Shown piece by piece: positions 20,343-31,700 of a stretch of 64,000 nucleotides of DNA (positions are counted from its first letter, which is position 1; each line of letters starts with the position of its first letter). The stretch spans positions 81,978 to 145,977 of the IMG/VR virus record IMGVR_UViG_3300028591_000005; one strand, written 5' to 3'. The stretch comes from a virus (taxonomy: Duplodnaviria > Caudoviricetes). Made by a program: the position numbers and the translations under genes. The notes under the pieces are model-generated. The model was not told where the DNA came from. It saw only the letters and a list, made by a program, of their open reading frames with translations, and ran no database searches.

Positions 20343-21590
20343 TCATCCATGATACTTGATAAGGAATTCATTAGACACAGCCTTGAAGCTCTGAACTCCG
20401 TCTACAGATCTGAATACAAGACCTTCTCTCATACCACCATCTATAGCAGACTTATCAGTTGCTATCTCAAGAAGCTCTTCAACAGTATCGGGAAGTATGA
20501 AATGCTCATCTACTATTGGTACGCAAGGAACATCATATTGCACCATAAGGTCAGTCATCTCTCTAGGATTCAGTCTCTTTCTTCTACCATCCTTGTATCC
20601 AACAATTACATTGAATACAGCGAGGTCATGCTCCTTAAGAGAATAATCTCTCTTCTGAACACCTTCACCATAAGTCTCGCCCTGAACAGTAACAAAATCA
20701 ATATTTCCTTCGGTATTCTCGAAGTACTCCATAAGCATTGAAAGTACATCTTCCATATGATATTTTTCTGCCATTTCAACATATACATTAGTATCATAAT
20801 AGCACTGCTTGTCAGGTCTATCAAATACAACATTTCTTGAGCAAACGAAGAACTGTCTCTTTCTTCCCCAACCTCTCATAGTGAAAGTAGTTGAAGTTCC
20901 ATCTATCTTTTCAGTTGCAAACCACTCGGATTTGTCCTTGAGGATTTGAGGCATATTCTGGACTCTTTCCTCGTCAGTCTTTACAACCCATGAAGGCCAG
21001 GTTTTAACATCTTTCTTCTTGCCAAACAGAAGAAGGAATATCTTTCTTGCCCACTTATGTTTCTTTATAAATCTACCAAACTTTCTTGCTATCCAGGGAT
21101 GTCTAGTAAATGCAGCATTTATTCTAGCATCAGGATTGGGCTTACCCTTTCTCTTCTGATCTTCAGGCTCATAATAAGTTACACTAAGTTGCTGAGTAAG
21201 GAAAGCAGATTCAGTTCCAGGGCGATATTGATGACCTTCCTTATCATATATGTAATTAAACTCATCAGTATAAGCAACAAACCAACCAAAATCTGCGGCA
21301 GGCATAAGAAGCCCCTGAGACCAGAACTGTCCGTCAGGAGTCTTAAACTTCTGAGTCTTGATATGTCCCTTATATTTCTTACAAAATTCAAATATAGGGT
21401 TATCAAGCGGAACCTGGCTATCTATTTCAAAATATATTCCAGGGTCGCCTGCCTTAAATGCGCCCTTTGGAACCATACAAGTCCATCCACCAACCCTTGC
21501 ACATTCAACTCTATCCTTACCTGCTATAGGCTCTACTGAATCAACAGTAACGACATAAGCAAGTTCTCTTATTCCATCCTTATTAAGCAT
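20343..21590 (-). CDS. ATP-dependent RNA ligase (Rnl2/DRB0094-like)
   Basis: N-terminal OB-like domain, KTDEERVQN, motif I EKIDG, CSRN, QGETYG, FNV, EGLV, FKAVS. Confidence 0.9.
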   Translation of the reverse strand: MLNKDGIRELAYVVTVDSVEPIAGKDRVECARVGGWTCMVPKGAFKAGDPGIYFEIDSQVPLDNPIFEFCKKYKGHIKTQKFKTPDGQFWSQGLLMPAADFGWFVAYTDEFNYIYDKEGHQYRPGTESAFLTQQLSVTYYEPEDQKRKGKPNPDARINAAFTRHPWIARKFGRFIKKHKWARKIFLLLFGKKKDVKTWPSWVVKTDEERVQNMPQILKDKSEWFATEKIDGTSTTFTMRGWGRKRQFFVCSRNVVFDRPDKQCYYDTNVYVEMAEKYHMEDVLSMLMEYFENTEGNIDFVTVQGETYGEGVQKRDYSLKEHDLAVFNVIVGYKDGRRKRLNPREMTDLMVQYDVPCVPIVDEHFILPDTVEELLEIATDKSAIDGGMREGLVFRSVDGVQSFKAVSNEFLIKYHG

Positions 21591-24500
21591 TATCTATATC
21601 CTCCTCAATATAACATTCATTTTCAAGGTCAACTTTTCTGATAGTGGTTTCACCATAGGCTTCACCGCCTGCTCCATCTTCCATAAGGTTATACAAATAT
21701 TCTCGTCTATCCTTATCAGTAATGGGTTCAGAATATCCTGCTTCTATCATCTCTTCATCATCAAATTCAATAGTTCTATAAATAACGTGTTCGATTTCAT
21801 AAGTATTAAACATATTATACACCCCTTCCAGTCATATCATTCATTACTTTACAAACTCTATCAACAAGTTCTGTTACTTGTTCTTCTGGCAATTTCTTCC
21901 ATTTATTGCACCAGTCAATCTTATCACAAATCCAATAAATATCATGTTCATGCCAGGGTTTGCCTTCTTCATACGATTTAAGACTTCTATTTATTTCAGC
22001 ATAAAAATCTTTCATAAAAATAACACCCCTTTCATTTTTCTATAATTATTATATAATAATTTTTTAAAAAAGTCAAAAAAGATGCGGGAGACAGGCTCTC
22101 GCATCTTTAATCTAAATTATTCATCTTCTTTGCTAGCCTTATCTATTAACCAAAATAAAAAAAGCCAATAAGGAATTTCTATAAATATTATAAAAATACT
22201 TGCTTTTATATCATAATTAAAAAAATTTTTAATTGAATCACACATTGGTATATACAATCCAATAGCTAAAGCAAGAAAAACTTTCCCAATATATCTAAGT
22301 ATTTTATTCATAAAGTACCTCCTTAAATTATATGCTCAAAAATAAAAATTAAAATAATAGTAGTAATTATCCAAATACCTAAAGCAAGGAAAAATGCTTG
22401 AGAAATCCAATGCCATTTTTCAAATTTCCTATCTTCTATAGCGTTTATTAGATTTATTGAAGAATAAATACCCCATATTACTAATAAAGAAGTCATAAAA
22501 TATTCCATATAATACCTCGCAGGAATTAGTTTGAAGATTCTTCAGGCTGGTCCGCCGCAATCCATTTATTATAACATTCAATGAAAGCTTCTTTACTTAT
22601 TACCAATTCATCTTTTATTCCAATACATCCTTCATCCGTCCATTTTTGTGTTGTAAGATAAAGGTTATCATCTTCAAATGTAAAATAATATTTACAGTAT
22701 CTCATAATTTATCACTCTCCTTTTGTGTAAAGAGAGCAGAGCCAACTTCATTTTTATTTATATCTATTGGTTGTTGCATATTAATTACACATTTAAACCA
22801 ATTAAGCCATTTTAACGATAATTCATCTCCATTGGCTTCACAGGCATATTCAATATTTTCTATCAATTTATCTGCATCAATTGCTCTCATTCTGTTTCCT
22901 CACTTTCTGTCATGTAACATTCTATGAAATTTGCAAGTTTTTTATAACAGTTAGGGCATAAATCAAAACATTCATCACGTTTGCATGAATATTGCCATTT
23001 TTTTCTGATTTCAAGTATGTAATCATATGTGTGGTCTTTAATGGGATTAAGATTTTTGTCATAACTCTCGTATAGTTTTCCACACCTATCACATTTATAT
23101 GCACTTGCCATTTATTTATCCTCATTTTTTTAATCTGCTTCAATTATAGTTGGACACTCTTCGTCAATCATTTTGTAAACATCACTTGAAGTAAAAGTTT
23201 CTTCGATTGTTTGCATATCTGTATACAGACCACGCATTAAATTTGTTACATCTTTTAGTACACCATGTCCTTTTGGAAGTGGTGTGCCGTTTATTACTGC
23301 ATGTTTTACATACGAATCACAGATAGATTGCTGATCTGGGGATAACTGAATATTATTTATTAGTGCAAGTCGAATTTCCTCCGGTATCCTAATTACTAAC
23401 TCTATATTTGTCATTTACTTTTCCTCACTTTTTGCCTTGTATAGCATCCTGAATTTTCAATTCGTCAGCACAACTCTTGCAGAAAACTCCCTCTTTACCC
23501 TCAACCTTGTAAAGAAAACACATCCACTGAACATTCCACTTGCCACGTTTCTTACATAAAGTACACTGTCCCTGTCCGTTTCCTCGCGCTTGTGTTATTT
23601 TCATGCTTCCTCACTTTCTGCCTTGTATGGTGAATTTTACTTACTTCATCTGCTCTAATTACAAAGATTTATTATTCCGTCAAGTGCTTCTTTCTTATTT
23701 GGATTATTGTTTGTGATTTTATTTATCGCTCTTATTGTAGATTTGCACCTTGTCAATTTAACGATATTCTGTTGACGATCAAGTATCATCCACTCCGATA
23801 AAGCCTTGTATATTTCAATCTCGACATTCTCATTATGAATTTCATTTAAAATATCTGATACTGTCATTCCTTATCCTCACTTTCTGCGATAATATAATAT
23901 CCTTCTGTGGAAGTTTCCACTTCAAGCACTAATACAAATCCTGCCTTTTCAAGTGCTTTTATTATCTTGCCATAATAGTCTGCTGATTTATCTATAGTTA
24001 AATTTGCTAACTTCTTATTCATTTTCTTCTTCACCTTTTTTATTGTCATTTCTAAAACTTATACAAGCAGGAATAAGCAAAAACCACAAACACCTCATAT
24101 CATGTGTGTAATATATTGCTATTCCTATTGCTATTGCCGTTGAACTCCATATAGCTAATATTGATTTCCACATGTTCATTCCTCACCTTTTAGTATACCA
24201 ATGGCACAACCTATCGTAAAACCAATTAGAAATGATACAAATATCCCAACAACAAGTAGGTCTGTTATATTCATTTCTTATTCTCCATTTCTGTCTTACT
24301 TGTATTATTGTCAAGAATATCCAAGACCTCGTTCAATGAAAAATGGCGATATGCTCCGCCTAATTCTGGTCCACCTATATAATTTCTAGGGTATGAATTT
24401 ACAAACTCTGCTTTTATATTATCAAGTGGAATGCCATTTGCTACTGCAGATAAGATATGTTCTGCATCTAACCAATTAACTCCTGTAGTATTTAATAACT

Positions 24501-25986
24501 CAAATGTTTCTATAGGAATATTGATAATCAGTTTCATTTTTCTTCACCTCTCATATCTGCTCCACAATTAGGACAAAAACTCCAACCTCTCGCATTTCTT
24601 GAAAAAGTCATACCGCAATTAGAACATATCGGAACATCAAAAAATGTTTCACCTTCCCAATGCTCCCATGTTCCGTGTATATTCTCTCTCACGTCTGCGG
24701 GCGGAATAAACTTTAATTGATTATATATATCTATACTGGCATCTTCTGCTCCCTGGTCACAGCAACTTCTTCCATATATTCCTTTTGCACATATTAATGC
24801 ATCTTCTCTGCTTATATAGTCACTCATGCTCTATTGCTCCATTTTCACCATGATAGGGTTCATTTTTTAATCTCTTATTCATCATATATCTTTGAACACC
24901 ACTCAAATATAATCTGAATTTCTCACAATAATATTGTTCATACCCTTCATTGAATCCGTCATCTTCTTTGGTATTCATTTTGCTTATATAATCACTCATT
25001 CACTCACCAGCTTTCATCCTTGCTCCGCAATTAGGACAATAGTTAAATCTATATTTTCCTCTTCCAAAAGTGCTGCCAAACTCGCATTTATTACACCTGT
25101 AATCTATAATTTCATCACCTTGATATATAGGTCTCCACTCTCCCTTTGATATATCAAGTGCTTCAAAATGCTGTTCATTATCATCAATCACATCAGTAAG
25201 TGCTTCAGTAAATTCTTTGTTCCACGGTGTATATATTACCCCGTTATTTAAGTCTGCTCTTAATCGACACAGCCAATCAATTTGTTCTTCTCTTGTCATT
25301 CTTCACTGTCACCACCTTTCTGATAAGGTGCATTCCACCAATCGGAAGTAAATTCCGTATAACCGTCAATGGTTGTGATAAACCAACCATCACTGTCAAT
25401 TCTTACTGTACATTTTGGGAATAATGTTTGCATTACTTCTCCATTAGTGGGCTCTTCACCGATTTCTATTTTATCAACAATTAATTCAGCAATTGCTTTT
25501 ACTAGTTCTGCTCTATTCATTTACCTCTCTCCTTACATTTTATAGAAACAGCCATATCCATTTTCTATTTCATTTGTTTCTAAATTTACCCAAGTCCAGA
25601 AATTAGATACTCCTCCAAATGTTCCATAGAACTTACCATCAAGTATTTTTACTGGAGTATATTCTTCTTTATTTTTTCTGATATATACGGTACTTCCAAT
25701 TTCTGGTGATATTATTCTATTTTTAAATTCGTGTTCAAATATAACGCTTTCTATTATTGCTTTATTCATTTTCTTTTTCTTCAAATTCGCACACGCCGCA
25801 ATTATCACAACAAGCGTACCATTTACCATTTTCTTGCCATTCTACATTATGAATACATTTAGGACAATGTTTTTCATACCATCTATCTGAATGCGGTTCA
25901 GGTGGATCTGAAGCAAGTATTTTAGGATTCCAATTTCTCATATTATTTTTCCTCCGCATCAAAATAAATAGTTTCAAAAGTATCAA
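21583..25986 (-). other. run of about 15 small hypothetical phage ORFs (several Zn-ribbon or membrane proteins)
   Basis: Tightly packed 60-100 aa minus-strand ORFs with RBSs, e.g. 24534-24827 and 25000-25299 ending in F/YCPNCGAxM; 23130-23414 and 24271-24537 share (I/V)RIPEE-like starts and NG(T/I)PL. Confidence 0.7.
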
Positions 25987-26737
25987 GATCTAATAATGCA
26001 ATTCTATCACTTGAAATAGTACACATATCAATGTCAAATTTATGTCCTTCACAATATCTAATTACTTCAGGCTTTGGACAATATTCTGCTACATCACAGT
26101 CTTGGAAAAATGCTCTTTTTGCTTTTATAAAAGCTTCATCTATTGTGATATTCTTTCCATTGTAATTATAGTCATATGTTAAATATTGAACAGGAGTATG
26201 ACCATGTACAAGATAAGTAATATTAGGGTCTAAATCAAGATAAGTTCTTTCACCAAACCATTTATCATCAAAATGCTCTCTATCCCAGAGGGGATTACGT
26301 TCATGAGTTTGAACATTAAAAGGTGAAAATCCAGCATGTTCAAGTATTATATCATGACCTTTAGGTGAATGATAAATAATTTCAGTAGGCATATCATTTA
26401 TTTTATTAACATACCACATTTTACTTTCATCAGACATATGTATCATAGAATCCCAGGTATGAGTTCCGCCATTTCCAAACCATTGTACTTCAAAAAAAGT
26501 AGAATATGAGTGATCTACTAAATCAACAATAGCGTTAGCCATCATTTCATCATGATTACCTTTAATATAAACTATGCGGGGATCAAGTAATAATTTATTC
26601 ATTAATTTGATTCCGTAATCACCACGATCTTGAGCATCTCCAAGAAAATATAAAGTATCATCAGGTTGTAAATAATCTAATACTTTAAATCCTAATTCAG
26701 AACCATGCCAATCAGACGAACATAATGTTCTTCCCAT
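25943..26737 (-). CDS. metallophosphoesterase (Ser/Thr phosphatase-like)
   Basis: SDWHG, LGDAQDRG, KGNHD, HAG, HGHTP. Confidence 0.9.
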   Translation of the reverse strand: MGRTLCSSDWHGSELGFKVLDYLQPDDTLYFLGDAQDRGDYGIKLMNKLLLDPRIVYIKGNHDEMMANAIVDLVDHSYSTFFEVQWFGNGGTHTWDSMIHMSDESKMWYVNKINDMPTEIIYHSPKGHDIILEHAGFSPFNVQTHERNPLWDREHFDDKWFGERTYLDLDPNITYLVHGHTPVQYLTYDYNYNGKNITIDEAFIKAKRAFFQDCDVAEYCPKPEVIRYCEGHKFDIDMCTISSDRIALLDLDTFETIYFDAEEK

Positions 26738-26839
26738 AATTAATAACACTTCCTTTCCTATTATTCTATAATTATTATATAATATTTTTTAAAAAAAGTC
26801 AAAAAAAAATAAGCGTACCTATTTTAGGTACGCTTATAA

Positions 26840-27301
26840 TTAATATTCAGTCACATATTCAAGTGTAAATTTTATATCTGCGGGAACTCTTACTTCAGTA
26901 ACTATTACATCTGAAGTTTTTATAGTTGAATTTTCTTCATTTATATTTTTCCATTCTTCTGGTTGAAATTCATACATACATTCTTTCCCAAGTTTAATTT
27001 GTTCATATTGATTATTAATTTTTAAAATTATTGGATATATAATCCCATTAGGAGAACAACAGTAACCAAGTTTAATAATATTCATTCCAGATATTGCAAT
27101 TTTATATGGAACTATTTCATCTACAAAATGTATATCATATGGCGGATTTGGATTTCGTTCTGGAACTGAAATTGTATAATTTTCTATAATTGGTTTCTCT
27201 TGTATATCATAATTAGTAACTTGTCTTACATTATAATTTTTAGAAGCCATATTATTTACCTCCATATAGCTAAAAAGATGCGGTTTCCGCATCTTCTTCA
27301 T
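26840..27301 (-). CDS. hypothetical protein
   Basis: ORF with GGAGG RBS before MASKN (true start probably about 27250). Confidence 0.65.
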   Translation of the reverse strand: MKKMRKPHLFSYMEVNNMASKNYNVRQVTNYDIQEKPIIENYTISVPERNPNPPYDIHFVDEIVPYKIAISGMNIIKLGYCCSPNGIIYPIILKINNQYEQIKLGKECMYEFQPEEWKNINEENSTIKTSDVIVTEVRVPADIKFTLEYVTEY

Positions 27302-27473
27302 ACTCTTTTAATTTATCTTTTATTTTATTTTCTTCTCTTGTTTTTGAAATTAAGCGATTTGCTTTACACCAATCACAGGTACCATGATTTCTACATGAGC
27401 AATCAATAGCTTTACTTCCATAATAAGGTTTTCTATGTTCTTTATTATGTTCAATAGCTTTTTCTAATCCCAT
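27270..27473 (-). CDS. small basic Cys/His protein
   Basis: MGLEKAIEHNKEHRKPYYGSKAIDCSCRNHGTCDWC; AGGAGG RBS. Confidence 0.7.
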   Translation of the reverse strand: MGLEKAIEHNKEHRKPYYGSKAIDCSCRNHGTCDWCKANRLISKTREENKIKDKLKEYEEDAETASF

Positions 27474-27489
27474 AGTATACCTCCTTAAA

Positions 27490-27563
27490 AGCAGATTGGA
27501 GGATTCGAACCTCCTCATGTCGGGGTTTCCGCATTTTACCACGTCCGCGCGCAAGACATCCGC
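27490..27563 (-). ncRNA. tRNA-like element lacking a normal anticodon arm
   Basis: Perfect T arm GGAGG-TTCGAAT-CCTCC and acceptor GCGGAT/ATCTGC; D and anticodon arms not canonical. Confidence 0.45.
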
Positions 27564-27566
27564 AAG

Positions 27567-27649
27567 AGACTTTGGTGGGATTTGAACCCACGCCCTTTCG
27601 GGGAAACGATGTTGCAGACCGCCGGTTTAAACCACTTACCTACAAAGTC
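27567..27649 (-). tRNA. tRNA-Cys(GCA) with long variable arm
   Basis: GACTTTG/CAAAGTC, anticodon loop CT-GCA-AC, U73, variable arm CCCCGAAAGGG. Confidence 0.85.
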
Positions 27650-27652
27650 TAA

Positions 27653-27737
27653 GGTGACCGACGGGACTTGAACCCGCATTGAGAATTTCTTCTCGCGGAA
27701 CCACAATCCGCTGCATAACCAATTCTGCCACAGCCAC
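27653..27737 (-). tRNA. tRNA-His(GTG) with long variable arm
   Basis: GTGGCTG/CGGTCAC, C73, GCGGA-TT-GTG-GT-TCCGC, variable arm GAGAAGAAATTCTC. Confidence 0.85.
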
Positions 27738-27739
27738 AG

Positions 27740-27811
27740 TACAGGTACTAGGAATCGAACCTAGATCAAAGCATTAGAAGTGCCCTATTCTCTCCATTAG
27801 ACTATACCTGC
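27740..27811 (-). tRNA. tRNA-Arg(TCT)
   Basis: Cloverleaf, loop CT-TCT-AA, T loop TTCGATT. Confidence 0.9.
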
Positions 27812-27816
27812 ATAAG

Positions 27817-27888
27817 TACTTCCTAAGGGATTCGAACCCCTATCTTCTGGTTCGTAGCCAGATATTCTCTCCACTAAACTAAGGAAGT
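27817..27888 (-). tRNA. tRNA-Arg(ACG)
   Basis: TCTGG-CT-ACG-AA-CCAGA, T loop TTCGAAT. Confidence 0.92.
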
Positions 27889-27979
27889 ATACATGATAGG
27901 ACTTAAACCCATTTCCGCTTTTGGCGTCATGTTCGCCTCAACAACTGTTTCATGGGATACAAAGTTGTCAACCCAAAGA

Positions 27980-28051
27980 CACGCTCTCTAGGATTCGAAC
28001 CCAGACCTCTGATTTTGGAGATCAGCATGCTACCATTAACACTAAGAACAT
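27980..28051 (-). tRNA. tRNA-Trp(CCA)
   Basis: CTGAT-CT-CCA-AA-ATCAG, G73. Confidence 0.88.
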
Positions 28052-28155
28052 ATGCTGCCACCTCAGCCATTCCTGAGACAGCCTGGGGCTTCTGTTTATA
28101 TACCGCCCAACACCCGGGATCAATCGGGATAAAATGGCGCCCGCTCGGCGGTGAA

Positions 28156-28229
28156 CAGGGGTGGCAGGATTCGAACCTGCGTATGACAGCTTCAAAGGCT
28201 GCTAGCTTAAGCCACTTGCTGACACCCCT
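28156..28229 (-). tRNA. tRNA-Gln(TTG)
   Basis: AGGGGTG/CACCCCT, GCAGC-CT-TTG-AA-GCTGT. Confidence 0.92.
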
Positions 28230-28238
28230 ATAAATAAA

Positions 28239-28311
28239 AGCCGTCGAAGGGAGTTGAACCCATAACCCTCTCATTACAAGTGAGATGCGCTGCCAATTGC
28301 GCCACGACGGC
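28239..28311 (-). tRNA. tRNA-Thr(TGT)
   Basis: GCCGTCG/CGACGGC, TCTCA-CT-TGT-AA-TGAGA. Confidence 0.92.
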
Positions 28312-28455
28312 AGATATAGGCTTGGTGTGCTGCTACTACTCGCCAGCTCTTCTGTCATGCTAGCCTCACATGACCTCACAGGACTTTTCGTCTCGTTTCC
28401 TGCCATCACCACATTTAATATAGTCTACTAAATCCATAATAACTATAACCTATAG

Positions 28456-28529
28456 TTGGGGTACAGGGATTCGAACCCTGGACCTCTTGGACCCAAACCA
28501 AGCACTCTACCAAACTGAGCCACACCCCA
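28456..28529 (-). tRNA. tRNA-Pro(TGG)
   Basis: CTTGG-TT-TGG-GT-CCAAG, canonical D and T arms. Confidence 0.93.
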
Positions 28530-28793
28530 AGATGCACTCCCCATCAAAAGTTTATTAAAGCGACTTATTTTTTAGCCTGATACCGCAGACCATAAACTCT
28601 AATAGGAAGTGGCAGATATATTTTCTCGCTATCCTAAACATTACTGTGGAAAAAAGAATTAACTCGGTATCATTTAATTCTCCTCTAAAGAAAGGCATTA
28701 ATTATACTTTTGTATTTTAAGAGCGTTAATGCCTTTCTTTATCTTACATAAATATTATAACAAAAAATTTTAAAAAAGTCAATTAAGAATTAT

Positions 28794-31700
28794 TTAATTA
28801 ACTATTTCAACTCTAAAACTAGTTGCTTCAGTTAAAGCTTCAAATGAAAGAATAACTTTTCCTGAAGATACTGCAATATTAGTAATACTGATCACATTAC
28901 CGCTACTATTTGAAGAAAATGGAGTAATAATTGAACTTGTAGTAATAGCTGAATCAGATATTGTACAAGTTGTAGCACCAATAGCACAGCTAACTCCAGA
29001 AGTATATTTCTTTGAAACACCATTAACTTTAGTAACTGTAAGATTACCTGTAGAAGGATTAAACTTAAGATTACTATTCTTTCTAGCACCTTCTGTTCTA
29101 GTTGTATTGTCAGCAGTTACTGAAAATAAAACTTCATAATCGGCAGATGTAGATGTAGCAGTTTGAGTTACTGCATTATTAGTATTAGTATCAGGTGGTG
29201 TCGTGAAAATATATGAACTTCCACCCGCAGTAATCTTATACTTAGTATTAGCAGCCATTGTAAGTTGGTTAGTACCACTGTCAGTTGTTATACTAATTCC
29301 ATGAGTATGATTACCTGCTGCTGCGGTTGTACTTGTAGTACCAATAGTAAGATTACTCTTATTATTCCAAGTGTATTTTTCTCCAGTAGTAACTAAGGAT
29401 ACATCAGTACCGCCAGATGCTGCAGCTTTGGAAGAATATGTAGTATCTGTGAACTTAGCATCACTAGGCACTGACTTAGCTATTGTATAGCTACAATTTT
29501 GTGTGTGACCATTAGCATCAATATAAATAGGAGTGGTTGTTCCTCCTTGTCCTGTTTGAGGAGTTACCACTAAATGTTCCCATGGAGCTGCCCAAGCAGT
29601 ACCATTAGTAATAGCACTTCCACCTCTTGAACGAACCCACCATTGATTTGTGCCTGCTTTATTGCATATCTGAGTAACCCAAGAATTTGAACCATTTGGA
29701 TCATCACTATAACTAGTATCCCAATAATAATGCCAACTGGTTGATTTAGTTGTTCCACTCATTGGATTATCATAATTATTTCCTGGGTCTGTTAAATTCG
29801 TCATTCCAGAAGAAGGCCACAATCTACCAATATCGTTCATATTACTTTTTCCAGCATTGCCTCTATGAGCGACTATTAAATCACCAGCAGTGGCGGTACC
29901 GGCATTTAAATATACATTCTGTCTAGATGAACCTACATTAGAAGAACCAAGTTTATTAGCAGCGCCTGCATTGCTCACATAACCTATGTCTACACTTGTA
30001 GCTGTAGCTGTTGGTGCTGTGCTTTCTTTTGTAGTACTATTATTTAATGTATAACTTGCCTGTTTGCCACTTGTTGAACTTTCCTCAATAACAGTCCAAG
30101 TGTCTCTATAAAATTGAGTTCTTATAATATTCTGATAAATTGCCCAGTTATTACCATTAGTATTTACAATAAAATCCCCAAGTGAATAACCTTGTCTAAT
30201 AAGCCAATTAAACTTCTTAACAGTTAATGATGTACCATTATCACATCTTAAATCAAATACTAAAATACCAGATTCATAACCTGAAGTATTATGTATTGCA
30301 AACATAAGCGATACATTAGAATATCCTGTTAATGTGCCACTTACAACTTTATACCAACCAGCACTTGATGCTGCATCTGAACCAACTTGAGATACTTGAG
30401 AAGTTATCCTTGAAGTTGTAGCATATGGTATTGTTAAATCCGTATTAGTACCATTGAGATTTTTTCGTAAATAATTACCATTTATTGTAATATCACGAAT
30501 ACCAGAATTATAAAATGTTGTACCATTTAAACCAACACCATTATTTGCAGAGTATGTGGTATTTGTTGCGGCAATAGTAACAGTACCGCTACTATTACTT
30601 AAAGTGATATTAGAACCCGCTTTAAGATTAAGAGCAGTTGTGTTATTACCTAATACTTCAGTTCCATTAACCTGAATTGGTCTATGTGTATTGGTATCTG
30701 CGGTAGGCGGTGTGTATCCAAGAGCTCCTGTAACATTAGCCTTGGTTAAACTAAATGTCGTTCCAGTTAAAGTGATATTAGAACCGGCACTATAAGTTGT
30801 GTTATTATCAGTAAGCTTATCTTCTGTCCAACTGTCCCATGTACCATTACTACAGTATCGTCTATATGATTTTGATGTGGCAGGATTATATAATATCTGA
30901 GTGTAATATGATCCTCCTGCATCATGAATAACTTCCATTCCAAAGTTGTCAACTCCAGAAGGTTTATTCGTTACTGTATTTCCGCCTCCGGAAGAATAGA
31001 ATCCAACCGCGGTAACATTATTAAGGTTCTGATTTGTAAGGACATTATCTACAGCTTGTCTAGCATTAGAAAGCCTTGAATCGTTTCCCTGGCAAGCTGT
31101 TCCAGAAGCTGTTCCATACTTTACACTAAGAGTTCCTGAAGTAGTAATGTCACCACCGTCAAGTCCAGTACCTCCAGTTATTTTAGTGACAGTACCAGTA
31201 TTAGTAGTATACCCTTTATCATTAGTTAATTCACTAACTTTAGTTGGAACTGTAATATTTGCTGTAGCATTAGTGCTTTGGTTAGCTGTGAATGTTTGTA
31301 CATTCGTTCCATTCTTCTGAATTGTTAAAGTAGCATTATTTACAGTAGGAATAGTAGGTTTATTAGTAAGATCATTATAAGAACCACTAAAATTACTAGT
31401 TCCTGCACCAATGTTTGCCCTAGCATTGCTTTTCTCAGTATCACTTAATCCCTGAGAAGCAACTGTAGATACTGCTTTAAAGTTTCCTACATTTCCTAAT
31501 CCAACATCAGATTTTGTAGTTCCATGAGGATTAGTGCCAGATCCTGGATGTGTATATACTGTAGTTTCTGTACCATTAATTTTAATATTACCATTAGTAC
31601 TACTTGCCGCTACAGCAGTGGCATCAGTTCTAGCATGTGCAGATTGCGAATGATCATATGCAATTTTTCCACGGTCTCCACGATATGCGGTAGAGCTTGT

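Noticed and set aside
28060-28400. RNase P RNA (AAAGTCCTG and ACAGAA..CAGGCT resemble P4 strands)
   Set aside because: The two pieces are separated by two intact tRNAs and the other universally conserved regions are missing; likely coincidence.
27927-28412. ORFs spanning tRNA clusters (27927-28412, 35990-36226, 38148-38357, 41130-41567, 42276-42548)
   Set aside because: They overlap clear tRNA genes and lack RBS or protein-like composition.
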